Shown here one piece after another: positions 1 to 15,138 of a DNA stretch of 64,000 nt (the stretch's first letter is position 1; the number at the start of each line of letters is the position of its first letter). A program made the position numbers and the translations under genes. The notes below the pieces were generated by a model. It did no database searches, had not been told where the DNA came from, and saw only the letters and a program-made list of their open reading frames with translations. This stretch comes from Bugula neritina (lineage: Eukaryota > Animalia > Bryozoa): contig OZ037768.1 of NCBI GenBank assembly GCA_964035545.1, positions 5,674,741 to 5,738,740 on the forward strand, written 5' to 3'.

Positions 1-3000
1 AAATTAAAAAAACAATATTATTTTAATGCAACAACCATCACCCTTGCTATTCCAGTTAGATTACACACTTCCACAATAGAAAAACAATTGCACTGCTCCA
101 TGGTCATAGTAGGTAACATGAAGGCTGCCTAATGCTGACTTTGCAATGAACTGACCCTGGTCATGACCTTCACCCATGACTTGTCAATGTTATTAAATCT
201 CTTGGCCTCTTTAGGTAACTGCTTGGCGATATCCCCTCCAACAAACACTGCCTCCAGATACACCCACAGGTTCTGCACCACCATCCAGTTTTCCAGAATA
301 TCTGATGTGTTGCTCAGATTGGAAACCTAGAAACATGTTAAACTGTGTAACCCAAAACCATTGGTCCTGAAATATGAACTACCAGAAATGAGTCATAGGA
401 AAATAGCGTGTGTAGTTACTGACCCACTCTTGTATCTTTCGTTTGTACGGCGCATTGTATCTGTTGCTAAGAAGGGAGCTGAGGACCATAAGGCTATCTT
501 CCAAAAGTGAAATTATTTCAGATGTTTCCTGAAAAAATACAATATGAAAATAATAAACCTTCAGAATGTACTCACAACATACTAAAGTACTATATGGAAA
601 CAGTAGACCGATAGAATGAATGCTCATATTATAGGAGCAATTAATTAGTCACTAACATAAACAATACTATATAACAAGCTGTACAACAAACAATCAACTG
701 CTGCCATTGCTGCCGAACCACACCTGTCCCTTGAGTAACAGCTCCCCGCGAGCCTTGAAGTGAGAGAAGCTGAGGTTGATGTTGCCCCAGTCAGACATCA
801 CATTTTTCAGTTTAGCCTCAATATCTTTCTCTTTCACAGCAGATATACAAATATCTTCAATATCTTCTTTATATCTCAGTAAGTCAGCCTCCATTATAGT
901 ACCTACACAATACAGATTCTACTGCAACAGTCTATACAAAATTACATCCTTTTTCACTAATGTATTCTATTTCCCTGCTTTAACTAATAAAAATTACCTG
1001 CTAAAGACGTCTGCTGCACTGACTAATTACCTGCGTAGTATATAACTTACAGGAATCTATTATCAACGAATTTTGAAAGACGCCTATACAGTGTTTATTT
1101 CAACTTTCAGAAAACAAGTCTTTCCCACTATATCTACTTCAAGTCAAGAACCCTTGCTAAGTGTTACTATGTGACCAAACCACAGTCGATTAGTTTTACT
1201 AAAAATACCCAGTGTGAACGTGTCAGATTCGATGTCAAACGTCTTCTTGGTGAGAGCTCCTATGCGCTGCCAGTGTCGCTCCAACATCGCCTTGTTACTC
1301 ATCATCTCCAACAGCGGGCACGTTTCATTGAAGTCATCAATTTTCTTTTTCAAGTCAAGGAAGGCTTGCCAGTCTTTCATACCTTTAGGCAGCTTACGGC
1401 ATCTACACAAATAAGACAGGTTATGACATGACTGTACGAGATCAGTGACATATATATAGTAAAGCACATAAATATACATAACATTCTGCGAATTGATTAC
1501 TCAAAGCTGTTATAATGCATTTAATTTATGCATTTTAATCAAGTGTTATAAAATGCCATCAAGTTTTATTATAAAATTTAGCACTATTTATGGGTCCTAA
1601 TTTTCTTATATTTTCACAAATGCTACTCCCCCAACCACAGCAGGAAAACAATTTATAAATCTTTAGTTGCCGCTTTTAATGCACAATAAACTTTTATTCA
1701 ACAAATACAGCAAGTGCTGAGATACACTCACTTGTTTTGGAACTCAAGAAGTTCAGTGTTGATCTTCTCAATATTGACATCTGTCCACACAATGTCATAA
1801 TATCCATCGACACCTCTCATAACCTGCAGTCACAGTTCAGAATACAGAAAACCTGTCTAAAATGTTATGTTATTATGAATTTCGCTAGGCATTTATACAC
1901 TTGTTTTAGATTCTAACCAAAAATTATCAGCTTAAAACTCACTTTGGAGGAGGCAATTTCCAAAAAACATCAAAAACTTAATTTTTTAACTAGAAACTAG
2001 AGATTTTATAGATCATATTGTGTGTTTACTTGGAAGACCATAACTTTATAAGAAAATGCTTAAATCAAGATAGAAAACTATCTTTCTGTTGTCAATACTA
2101 AATAGTTTCCATTATGTCACTACCTGATTGTACAGGCCATACAACTTCTGGAGAAGGTTCAGCTCTTTCTTGATTCGGTGTAGGCATGAGTAGTCAGTAA
2201 TCGGTAGACCAAACAGCTTCTCCCCTGCCGAGTACGTTTGATAGGATCTGTAGATCTCATCAAACTTCAGCTGGAATATGTTTAGCCTGTCCGAAGCCTC
2301 CCGAGGCAAAATACCGGCCACCATGGGACCCTCTGAGCCGTAACTCTTCTCAAAGTTTGACACGTTACGATGGAAGTCGCCTATACCTGTGTGTGTACCA
2401 GTGAAAACTTGTTAACATGTGGTTGGTAACACAAGTGAGGTTCTCAATTAGATTAACAGCAAAAAATAAATAAAGTTATCTTATTAGCAATGAAGATAAT
2501 AAGCAAGAAAGAAAATATTGTCATATTACACATTTTCAAAATATTTACCCATGCAATGGTCCACCACACTTTTTGGAGGTCAATAAAAGGCTTTTTACAT
2601 TATGTTATGGACTTACCATTTAGAAGTTCCTCTTTAAACGTAGGCTGTACTTGTATCAGTTCATCCTGTACAGTCACAGCTTGCGAAAGCATTTTCTCCA
2701 CAGCATACCGTAGAGAGTCCACTCTGTTCTGTTCTTCAGCAGGAACTTCCATCTATGAGCAAAAAATGGAAAACCTTGACTATTGTGTAATCCAACCATC
2801 TACTAATCTTTCTCTGCTACCATCACAGTATGGTGATTGCCCGAACAAGTTATGCCGACTCATCAGGAGAATATTTCATCTCAGGCAGATGTGGATATGA
2901 CACGGACATTGCATGACTCACCTGGAACTTCTGCAGTATGCTGTACGCCTCGTCTACAGGTCCCAGAGTCATGTCAATCTTTATCTGCTCCTGTCTAATC

Positions 3001-6000
3001 TCTGCTAGAGCCTTCATACTCAGTCTTACATCATCAAGATCCTTGATGTTGCGAGACAGGACAGCAGCCTACCAGAAATCGATAATAGAAATGTTTTGTT
3101 TTACGCTTTGCTAGTTGCATGAGTGTCAAATTCAAAATAGAAAATTTTAGAGATTTGCTAAAATTGACTATTTAAAAGACAATATTTTGCAAAATACATA
3201 GAAGTACACACACACGCTCGCTTACACATATAGGAATAGATAGTATTAAAAATATAAGAGCTTCTTCATTTATATTTCAGCTTTTATTTGGGGCCTTAAA
3301 GCCATTTTCTTGAGCAGATTATCATTCAAAAATGCTTCATTTAAATTTGCAGAAATTCATCATATTTTGAATAGTGACAAAAAAGATTTTGAAGATTTTA
3401 TTTAAACTCAACTCTTAAAATTGCCAAATCAAAGAGCTGCACAAACCTGTCGATCAGTAAACTCAAATACTTCTTCCATTTTTGCCCGGTACAAGTTGTT
3501 CAAATGTTTGCAGTACAATGCAATCCAAGACTTCAGCTCCACATTGAGTCCGAGTTTTAGTTTATGAGTCATCAGTTCCAGTGGACCAACACTCACTGAT
3601 GGCACGATTTTATCGATCAGTTCTTTGTGGTCCTGCAGCTTCTGTATCTCCGTGGTGAATTCAGATAAATTCGGATCTTCTTTTATGAAAGAGCTTACAA
3701 TCTAGAATAAGCAATGCTATATTAGAAATTGAATTGAAGTAAGTAACACCACCTTCTACTCTCTAGCTATATGAGGAATCTAAACCCCACAACTTTAAAC
3801 TGGTCAGCTAAATAATGTGATTAAAATTTTCATTCATCTGTTTTTCTGATTATAACAAATTGGTTCCTCATTTTATCATGCTGTTTGGTGAGTTATGTAA
3901 CAACTGGAAACCAAGTGGTACTCAAGTGACATAATTATTGATGAAAGAAATTAAGATCTCAAACATATTTGGAGAATGAAAGTTATATCAGCAGTCACAT
4001 AGCTGACACCAAAGACAACTACGTCAGTGTAGTGATACATTTGACACAACTCGTTGATAAACATTTCAATAATAACACAAAAAAACTCCATCAGTTACTC
4101 AGTCTTTACTTTTTCTCGGTCTTTCTCCCACAGGAAATTGAACATCTTGTATTTGGATAAAGCAACATTAATCTGATCCTTGAAAGAGTTGACACTCGAA
4201 GTTAGCATCAGAACCAACTTGGTCACGTCTTTATGATCTGATACACTTCTGAAATAGTTTCTCATCTTTTGAGGAGGCAGGAGCACAGGCTTCTGCTCCA
4301 CACTGGCTTCCTGTGGAGGCATAACCTTAGCCTTGCCTGCTCGGCCCATGTTATTGAACTTGCTGGTTTCCCTGTAGCGTTTCTGTCCCCACTACATATA
4401 GCATAACATTATTATAAAACATAAGCCACAAGTCACTGAAAGTATACTGTATAAAGTACAACGCAGTTGAAATTTCACATGTAGTTGAACAAATAAGTGT
4501 CCATAGAAGCTCCCAACATTTACAAGTTATATTTTATCTAATATTATTTCTGCTAAATGTATTCACCAATCATTAGATTTTTACGACATAGCCATATGCT
4601 TCCAGATGCAGACTAAGAATAACCATTTACATGTGTGCGCGCAATGAATAAAAGTTTGTCGACTACTTTAAGTCCCTTTTTGTTACCTGTATGGAAGGCA
4701 GCACCAGTACAGCGGTGAATAAGTAATAAGAGGAAAGTGCAAGCAGCACTTCGCCAGTTTAAACCAACCTGTGCCACACCCCTGCTGACTTCCAACACTT
4801 GATGCACCGTCTTGTTGATATTGGCTTGAATATCCTCAATAGTTGGTCTCATCACTACATTAGGTATCTCCAGTACAATGTCTAGCTGTAAGAACGCAGG
4901 TTACATCATCAGAAAATGTCACACCATAAACTTTGGTTACAACACAATAACCCATATTTACAGGCAAATCCTTTTCAGCAATAAACAACTCTTCAGCTAA
5001 CATAAACCTTAGCACATGTATATACAGTAATATGTCCAAGGGCATCAGATCAAAGTGTAAGAAACTGTCAATACCTGTAAAATACCCTGTTTATAGATAT
5101 AGTCTTTATCAGCACTTCGAGTATAGAACAGATGTTTCTTGTATAAATCTAGAGATGTCTTTGTGGCTTTCAGCAATGACTCCAATACACGGTGATTGAA
5201 GTAAAGTAACATCTCCTTGCATTCCTCTTCCAGAGTCATCTGGGCTTCATACCTTCTCTGCTTTCTAAAAACATAACATTTTATGCGGAGAAAAATTACT
5301 AACACGTGATTTCTTACATATATTTTACTGCAACTTGAAAAAATATTTAGCATAAAAAAATTAAGAAAAAGTTTTTGTGTAGGTTATGTGAAGCAGTACA
5401 TAAACTTTCTAGTTGCTTCTACTAACAGTCCTTACAATGATTCTACTTATTCAATTAATGCCTGCTAAACGAGAAAACTACCAACTGAGGCATCTCCTAC
5501 TACAAACAAACACATTTGGTATTGCTAGGCTGCACGAATGGTCAACTAACAAGACAACTTTTCAATTAGAGTAACTTTCGATGCAGCAGCTAATATAGGC
5601 TTTTGAGAAGATATTTTATCACAGCAAATACTATCTTATGTATCATAACTATGAGAAACGTAAGAAACTGATTACTTTGTTCGAACACATTCACTGATGA
5701 GCTGATCAAATGTGGCAATTTGATTCACGCTGGTCAGCGCTCGAGTAACGCCGGCAGCTAAAGACTGAGATCTAGCTGAAGGACCCTGGCTGTGGCCGTC
5801 CGGTGTTGACACCCCTGAATGTACACTACAATGAGGAAAAAAAATTGCATCTATTAAAAGTATTAATATAACTATAGTTATCAGTTACAAAGCATGGGAT
5901 ATATTACGTATTATTAAATAAACGGAAAAACATACGTGCGATTATCATCATTTTTATAGCTAACAGATCGTGGGCGTATGGTGTTGCTGCTTACAACCTC

Positions 6001-9000
6001 AGCCTCGTCTTCAAATCCGGCATCAGTGTAAAATATTCTTATCAGGTCATAGACTGCGTCCTCTATCTTAATAATTAAGCAAAATTGTAAAATAATATTA
6101 TTCACTCAACAACTGAGTGTGTAATACATACCAATCCAGAAAGTGTTTTACTTTAGTCCTCAAAATACAATATTACACCATATATACATGTAACAGAACT
6201 TTTTTTCCGTACCGATATTGACCTTAATACCTCATGAAATATACACATATACCTACACCAATGCTAATAATTTAGCTAGCAGCAGCAGCAACTATACCAG
6301 CAGCAACAGCAGCAGTAGTAGCAGCAACTATACCACCACCAGCAGCAGCAGCAACCATAAACTTACCTTTCTACTTTCAGAATCAAGTTTTAGTGCTATA
6401 GCTTCACAGTGCTCCTTGGTCTGTTTGAGGAACTCGTTAGGGGACCAGCTTTCTTCTACAGGTAAAACTGCCAACATGGCGTCTCCTATAGTATTAAGAG
6501 GCTCATCAATTCTCACTTCTTTTATATCCGTTACCTAATGGTGACAAAACGGAGTAAACTCTCAGAAGATTGTAATATTAAAATATCGTTTGTAGAGCAA
6601 GTAACAATAATAAAGTAACACAGAGAAAATTAATAGTTACTAAGATGGTTAGTAGACTTTTCCGTAAACTTGGGAGAAATAAGCTGCAAGGAAGTCCCAG
6701 ACTAGATAGTGTAGCTTTGACTTACAACTTTAGTGAGTTGTCGGAGCTGGTCGAGGGCGGCTGTGACATTGGCAAAGTAAGGCTCCACCCCCAGACATGA
6801 CCATCCAATCGTGATGAGACCAGGTCTAATGGCCAGGTCCACTCTGTCCAGCGCAGCCGTCATCACTGGGCGGAACTGGAGAGGGATATCGGCTCGAAGG
6901 GCTTCATTCTCGGTGAGTAATAACTCTAGCTTCTCCAGATAACCTGACACATACAGTACAAATAATAATAATATACTCTGACACATACAGTACAAGTAAT
7001 AATAACCTTCTCTAGATAACCTGACATATGCAGTACAAGTAATATTAATATAATACCAGTACAGCATACAAGTTTTCTTTTCATGCAACAAGCAAGCATA
7101 TTTAATATTAAAATAACAAACCAAGTTCAACTATCTAACTACTTAGTCTTAGTAGTAAACGAAGTAGGATGTACAATAATGGCTCAGATGATTTGCAACT
7201 ACCTTTCAACTTATTTCTAGCGAACAGCAAAGTCTTGCAGCTATTGGGCACTTCAAACATATTCTTCATCATGAACTCGGCTTCTTTCATGCTTGTCAGG
7301 AGTTGAGGGTCAAAGTTGATCAAGAGTTTCCTGTTGTCTGCAGTCCTAACTAGCAGCGTAACCTGAGGTGCAAGTTTAGTTTGTATAAACTCTGCATGTT
7401 GCCACATATGTATATTATATCCTATATAGTATCCTATACTGTCCTATATTTGATAGTTGTTTTCTCATATTTGAAAAACAGGCGATAACATTCACATATT
7501 CAAAGACATTAATTTTCATTGGCAAAAAATGGCTCAAGTTTTATATGAGGCTTACAACCTTGTAAAATAGGCAGAATTTCTACCCAAAAAACCACTATAA
7601 CACCAGCAGTATCCGTACAAGTAAAAAGTCAATAGAAGAATTGCGTACTTGACAGGTTTTTTAATTTTTTAAGTAAAAAAAACTATCACGCCGCTTCTTT
7701 TAATTTCTGATTGTTTCATATGATATGACTCTGCAGTCTGCATAATCTGAAATAGGATAATAAAGTATTTTTGCAAAGTGGTAAATATGTTTACCTCACC
7801 CTTTCTTTAATGAGTAAATAAAATAGTAAAAATGAAACTCATTTTAATTATGGTAGGCAGATTAAAAGTGTTTGAACTGTTTGAATAATGCCTGTTGCAA
7901 CAATAGTGAAATAAAGAAATATTACTTGGTATATAGAGACTTGGTATATATATGATATATTAAATGTATTGAATGAAATTACGTAGATATGGTTTGCTGT
8001 ATAAGTTTGAGCTGAATTTGAAAGAATAGCTAAGCATAGTGGGCTTACAATACATAAAACTTATGACTTCTTAAACCACTGAAAACCCATAACTAGGAAA
8101 CAAAGTATTTATGACCGATTAACCTAAAGACAGATCTACATTATGATAATTGAGAAAACTTACCGAGAGAGCTTCCATAATCTGGGGTAAAGTTTGTAGC
8201 CATGCACGATGATAAAGGTATTGATACTCAATCAATGCGTGTGCGATCATATTATATAGGTGAACACACTTTTTAGACTCTTCACTTCTGTAAAATAAGA
8301 TGGTGAAAAATTTATAATTTTTTAAAAAAAATCTTCCCAGACGGGGAATCGAACCCCGGCCACGGCGGTGAGAGCGCCGGATCCTAACCACTAGACCACC
8401 TGGGACAGCTGCTAACCGTAATCTACAATAGCACTTTATACAGTCAATGCACAATTGCGTCGTCGTAATAAGCTTATTGCGAAAAGAATGTTATTGTGGA
8501 GCAACCAGGACTTTTTATTTATGTTACGGCAATGTCTGTTTTTCTCCTTTTACAGCAATATAAGTAACTTTTAGGATAATAACTATTTTGTTCATGCAGA
8601 CCCACATATGAGAATGCAAAAATTGTAATTGGAACGATTGGATCGTTCTGTAGGCTCACCTGTTCCAAAAATATTATATATACATGCGTATATTACATAC
8701 TGATACTATGTTGAATATTAATAAAGGCAAGAAATAATCATATAAAAGAATACTTAAAAATAAAATTCATTATGATATGTTATAGTAACCTGAAAAGCCA
8801 AGTGTGTTTTTTAAATATCTTCATTGGCTCCTCAATCTTCTTAAATAGTTGCATGGCCCAGGCTATTCGGCCTGAGAACATAGGCATGTTTCGAGCGGTA
8901 CAGGGGTCATCTTTATCCCTCTCGTACATTGCTTTCACATGTTGAAGGTAGTGATAGTACTTGTAAAATATAAACTTCAGCTTTTCCGTAGTTTTTAAGA

Positions 9001-12000
9001 ATGGCATGTTTAGGCTGAAATATATACATTGCCACATATGCTGTGTTATACCTGTAGCTAGTATTTAATAATTAAATAATTATTTACACATTTGCACACC
9101 CTTCTACATTTATACCTAAGCTAACAAAGAGAACCTGTCTATTAAGAAATGTCTATATATACTCTAATAGTGTGCTGCTGAATAAACTCTAAAAATTTTT
9201 AAATCAAGTTTTAAAAGTAATTTACTCAGAATATGGTCTATAAAAAAACACAACAGTATTTTACTTGCTTCTTCGTGTAAATGTGTGACAAATCAGCATT
9301 ATTCAATATTTTTTAAAAACACTGAGCCATTTCTTTTTTAAAATAGGTAAATTTCACAGATATATTTAGCAGCAAAGAACTTTTTTAATAAAGTTGTAGA
9401 GACCGGTTACAAGTTGGTATATATATAATCTACTCACCTTTCAAACTTCTTAAGTACTCTAACAGCCTGCAGAGTGTTCTTCATCTTATCAAATGTTTTA
9501 TCCATAAAAACTTGTAGATTAGTCTATAAAAGGACAAAATATACTACTTTTCTCTACACATCATAAACGTATGCTAAAAGTTGTTTGTATGCACACTCCA
9601 TCTACAGAAATTAACTTTATTATCAGCTAACATTACAATGATCTCATTAGATATTCTTGTTGAAACAAAAAGAAGATAAATCCAAACTGGCTGAAAATAA
9701 TATTGCAATTATTAGAAGAATAGTCACCTGCAATTCGCTGACGACTTGCATGAATTCACCAAAATCTGCATCAAAAGTCAGATTCTTCTGATCTAATAAG
9801 TTATACGGCTTCTTCTTCAGTCCTGCAACAATCTGGGAGAACCTGGCAGCGTGGGGTTCGATGCCCTCGATCTTTGCGTCAGACAGCGGGCTGAACATCT
9901 CAAACACATCCAGCAACTGAATTATCTTCTCCAGTCGACGCTTGAATGTGTCAAACTTTCCAAAAATGTACATTTCAGAAAACCTATTGATAAAAAAATA
10001 TATATTTATTAGAAATATAATATTAAACATATTGTTTTAACAATATCATTCACTACCATTACTAACATAGATGTGTTCACTGTGATGAGTTGATACAGCC
10101 AAGGTTGTCTGTTAAAACTAATTTTCAGCTTACTTGAAAGGTTTGCACTCCAGTTTAGTCTGAGCGCTTTCTTTGGTCTTGTTGTAACATTTCTGATACT
10201 CTTGGTACAGCTGACAACACTCCTTCAGTTTAGCTATGAGTAGCACACTAGACTGTTCCCACAATCCCACAGTTCCAAACTCAGTTATATAATTCTTGCA
10301 AGATGTCACCATTTGATTAGTAACCTAGAGAGTTAAATCATTGAAAAATGCATAAGTCTAACTAGAGCATGCAGCTGTAAATTTCAATGAAAATACTTTG
10401 GTGTTGGAAAAGCAAAAATATTAGAATTTAATAAAATATATTATTTTTTTGACAAAGATCAGCTGTAAAGTTTGAAGATAAACCAAAATTCAGCATGCTA
10501 AAAATCAGCTATAATTGAAAGATGAAAATTTAACTGGAAAATCGCAAGTCTTTGCTATAACTAGTAGATTATGCCTTTCCCTGTTTATTAAACAGCTTAC
10601 AAGCTGTATTATTGCTAGTTTCTCAGACTATTTTATGTGAAAAGCTACATATAGCCAGCATTACTCATTCACAAGAAATTTTAAAAAAAGATTAAACACC
10701 TCATTTGATACTCTATACCCCTAACTATAAGGATATAAGTGACAATCTTAACTCTCAGTCTAACGCAATAAATCTGATGATAGGAATAAGTTAAAAAAAG
10801 ACCTAGGTAAGTGTTGACTAACATAATATATATTTCATAGGGGAGAAAATCAAAACTACCTTGACAAATAAGGAAGTAAGCCTCTCTGAGGTGTTGTAGT
10901 ATCTAGAAATACTATGAATCATCTGTATGGTGTTAAGTAGACTTGGCATAGACTCAAACATAGCCTTAGGATCAGCTCGATACAACGGCTCACAGAACTT
11001 TTCCATTGTGTATAAATACTACCAACACAACTTTAATTGTAAGAAAATAGCTATCAGCTATATAGTATGTCATGTAAAAAGATTTAAACTGTTGACTTTG
11101 CGAAAAGTGAGCAAGACAGGTGATAGGCTTTCTCATCACTAAAACAGTTGCAGACATGGCATAGAAATCAAAGTAGTAAAGCAGTGAATACAGTTACTGG
11201 GCATTTCTAAATCGAGATAACAAAAAGTTGACAATATCCATAATCCAAAAGCATAAGAAATAAAAGAGAATGATTTCTCTTTATATTCAGATGTGTGTGA
11301 CAACAAGGGGCAACGTGTACCTTTATATTATCTTTTGCTTCATTAGCACCATCAGTTATCCTATCATCCAAGCCTTTCCATTTCCTCAACACTTTACTCT
11401 TTACAATGTGCAAAATATTAATGGCCATCCGACATCTATTTCCTTTAACTTGTTCCACCAGTGAACTAAATCTAGACAAATTAGGCATACCATTGTCTAA
11501 CATAATTATAAATAATGTTTATTATTCTGATTCCTTGGTAGAGCACTGTGTCTTGTGCATATCAGTAAATACTGCTTTACAATGTATACATTTACTTTTA
11601 TTTATTATAAGCATTACGGTTAAAAATAAAAAGGCTTTACTCTATTTTCTAATTAAATTTATAGTGGTGTACACAAACTTGACAAGAATTTTTTTTAAAA
11701 AGTTTGTACTTCAACTATTCACTACAAATATTAAACCATGTGACATGAAGTGACATGGTGTGACATGATACCGTGAGGACATCTGTCTCCAGTGGTCTAA
11801 TTCAGCCCTGGGTCCAGTGTCATCGGCCTCCTTTCTCATTCGCTCACTTTCTGCTAGAATCTTCTCTAGCTGTTTACACCACACAGTCACCAGATTCTCT
11901 ATCTGTCATCACATAAGTTACTATAGCAACCAGATCAAGCACAGACAAAACCTTAGAAACTATCATAACTCCCATTCCAATACAAAGTTTTTAAAGGTTT

Positions 12001-14652
12001 TCAATTTATCATAATACTAATTCAAAAGAATTTTTCCAACCTCAGCAATTTCGCCATTAAAAATATTGCAATTGCTAAACTACTGAAAAATGCAAAAATT
12101 AAATGAAAGACATGATTTCAATCAAAAAGAATTAGAGTCAAGCATGTACAATAGACGTCTTTTAAATGTATATAGTTTGTTTCTTAATTTACAGGTTTAC
12201 CTCAACAACTGTGTCAGGATTAGAAGATATATATTGGCAATCAGCCATAGTATGAATGTCAGCCCAGTTGACTATTGTATCTGGGGCTAGTGTAACCGCG
12301 TGGCTGATGCTTATTTGAGCTCCTGCCAGAAACAGCATAAAGTTCTCCAAGTTTCCTAAAAAATATGTGCATGAAACATAATTGTAGTGAATAACTGGTC
12401 TGAAGAAATCTTATAACATTTCATCTCTGGTGCAAGTACTCGGTGGTACGAGAGCTCTTACCAGAAGCACACTAATTCATAGACAACAGTATATGCAGCT
12501 ACGCTAGAAAACTATATTTAGCCAATTTATGTGTTAAAAACATTTCTAATTCATATCTTTTAAAATAATAGGCAAGATTAAAAGAACTGGCAATACCATG
12601 TCACTAGCAATACCTAGCTTAAAATTATTTCTTTTACACAACATATTTTTTGTAGCTGTTGGAGTACTGGGAACAATAATTGTATTGAATTTCACATTGA
12701 GCAATTTTTAGGAAGGAGTTTTAGTTTTACATGAAAAGACAACTTCAAAATTAAATTTATGATGAATTACAGTGATTACCTAGGAAGTTAGCATGAACTT
12801 CACTGCCACCAGGCTCTTTGAGTATTAACCCCCAATCCTTAGTTGCTCGCACGGGAGGGTAGACACAAGATTGCATATACTGTTCCACAACTGAGAACAG
12901 ACCTTCTCCATTAGCAGGGTTGGTCGTGTCAAGGACACCCATGAACACTTCATTAGCAGCTATCGGGTCTTGCAGCTCAACAGTCAACTTTGATTTAATA
13001 AAATAAATCAAAGTTCCAGTCAATTTAGTAGAGCTGCAGTTGGAGATGAAGATTCGAGGTACCTGAAAATATATTCGTTATTAAAAGATTTGACTAAACC
13101 AGTGTTTTCCATTTAGTAAATTTACAATAGATTTACAAATTTCTAAAGATGTTTGCAAAGACAACAGTGAATTTCAAACACATATGCCTTATTAATTAAT
13201 GCATACAGTTTGTTGATAATAGATGAGAATAGAATTGGCAAATGAGTAAAATCTTTACCATTTGACCTTTCTGCCCATTCATATGGCGCCCGCAATCTTC
13301 CAGTGGAAGATACTCAGCGAGTTGGTAGAAGAAGGATAGTGTTTTAACTGTGGCTTTACTACTTAACCATTGATTGAAAGTAGCCACCTGCTCCGCTGTG
13401 TCAATTATCTGCTCTTCAATTTGCGCCAGCTCCATCTTCAAATGCCGGGCAATCTAAATGTACAATAACAAATTCATTCATCGCTTGTGTGTCTCGACTA
13501 GCTGCAGTGCTATTGAGCCCTATCACTATTAGTTTTTATTTTTCTTGTATTTTTCCTTTCACTTTCAACTAAATGTAACAAAACAAAGCTGAATATCTTC
13601 AAAAACTGTTCAACCATCATGAGCACTTAATAAAACAATAAGTTAGGTAAGTACATTAAAATAGGGTACCCATTGTTCAGCACAAAGAGCAACAAACATA
13701 ACCTCTAAAACATCAGCATGTCTAAATAATAAGTAAACAGCGACTTCCTTACCAAAATCAAAATATATTTGTGTTCAGGGCCAATTAGCTTCTGCCTTGC
13801 TTCCCTAGCTTCTTTGGCCTTTGTTTGTTTCTCTTTAACACTTTCCTGGAGGGCTTGCATGCCGCCAGGTGGGAGGCTGCGACGAGCTCGGGCAGAGAAG
13901 GCTGTCGCCTCCACTTTCATTGCAGCTGCCAAACTTGTCCATTTTGACCCACCTTCACTGGAGTTCTTACCAAACTTTTTAAATATCTAAAAATAAATGA
14001 AACACTGATGACAAATGATCTGACTATATTGCGTGAAATAATAAAAACTCATGTCTGTTTAAAATAGTCTGCCCTGATAGTAAGAGTTTTGTAAGCATTT
14101 AAGGACGATGCGTTTTACCATGCTGACAGTCAAGCATGCAATTATGCTCTCCCTGACACCATCAATAGCCCTGCTAAGATTCTAGCCAGTGATCTATTTG
14201 CTAGACCACAGTTGCTCTTTGTATTATGCTGCTATGTAATACTAGTTCTATCCAGCACGCTGAGCTAAGTCGTATATTTTTTCTATGTGTGTTTTATCTG
14301 ACACTTCAATATTTATTGTGTCTACTATATCATTACAGTACTCTGTTGTTTACTTTTTTGTTTACAGAATTTCATGACTCTATTTTGACACAATATTGAA
14401 TTAAAGTACTAGATTTTGAAAAAAATATTTCAGTTGAGCTAGAATGAAATTCTCGAGAAACTTAGCATGACTTTGACGTAACAAAATTAAAATATTAGGA
14501 AAACCCTATACTCTGAACAGACGATTATTTATTGTGAATAAACACATTTACTTGTAACTAGTATCTAGGTGAGAGACTACCACTGTATAACTACTCAAAT
14601 TTTATGTGTTTACTAAAAAGATACTTGGTTTACAATGTCAACTCACCGACAT
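1..14652 (-). CDS. Axonemal outer-arm dynein heavy chain, DNAH5/DNAH8 (gamma) type; multi-exon, N-terminal tail portion, continues beyond position 1
   Basis: Spliced GT-AG exons translate to conserved DNAH5/8 tail motifs: [114 protein letters not shown]. The probable start ATG TCG at 14652-14647 splices in frame to the exon starting at 13986 (IFKKFGK...). DNAH5 versus DNAH8 cannot be resolved by eye. Confidence 0.95.
6276..6355. repeat. Intronic (AGC/ACC)n trinucleotide microsatellite
   Basis: agcagcagcagcaactataccagcagcaac... immediately inside a dynein intron. Confidence 0.8.
8334..8405 (-). tRNA. tRNA-Glu (anticodon CTC), inside a dynein intron
   Basis: The reverse complement TCCCAGGTGGTCTAGTGGTTAGGATCCGGCGCTCTCACCGCCGTGGCCGGGGTTCGATTCCCCGTCTGGGAA (72 nt) closely resembles canonical eukaryotic tRNA-Glu-CTC. 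It has A and B boxes, a paired acceptor stem and a T-run Pol III terminator at 8331-8324. Confidence 0.95.
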
Positions 14653-15025
14653 TTGAGAAGTGATGAAATGAGACGTTTAACTAATGAATCATAGAATGAC
14701 CAAAGAGCAGTTAATCTTTCAGTGCATCCTGATGAAGTAGACACATCTAAATTAGACACATCTGAAATATTTCAAACAGTATTTAAAATATTCATAACCA
14801 TAACGAGAACTGGATCTTAACATATTGGTATAGGGATTTAAAAATAATATTCACAATGGCAATAAATAAAACTAACAAATTAAACAAAATTATGTTTGAA
14901 ATTTTGTAGGAATTATATCCATTAAAAGGCTCTTAACTGTATTAATAAAATAATTATTACAGTAACTGTAATACTTGAAATAGCTAGCAAATTTATCGCT
15001 ACTACCACCACTGCTACCAGTCGCA

Positions 15026-15066
15026 GAAGCAGCAGTAATAGTATTAGTAGTAGTAGCAGTGATAGT

Positions 15067-15099
<33 letters not shown>

Positions 15100-15138
15100 T
15101 GCAGTAGCAGTAGTTGCAGTAGCAGTAGTAGCAGCAGT
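15026..15138. repeat. (AGC/AGT)n microsatellite
   Basis: Long agcagcagc/agtagt run; source of the spurious poly-Leu ORF 14922-15335. Confidence 0.9.
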
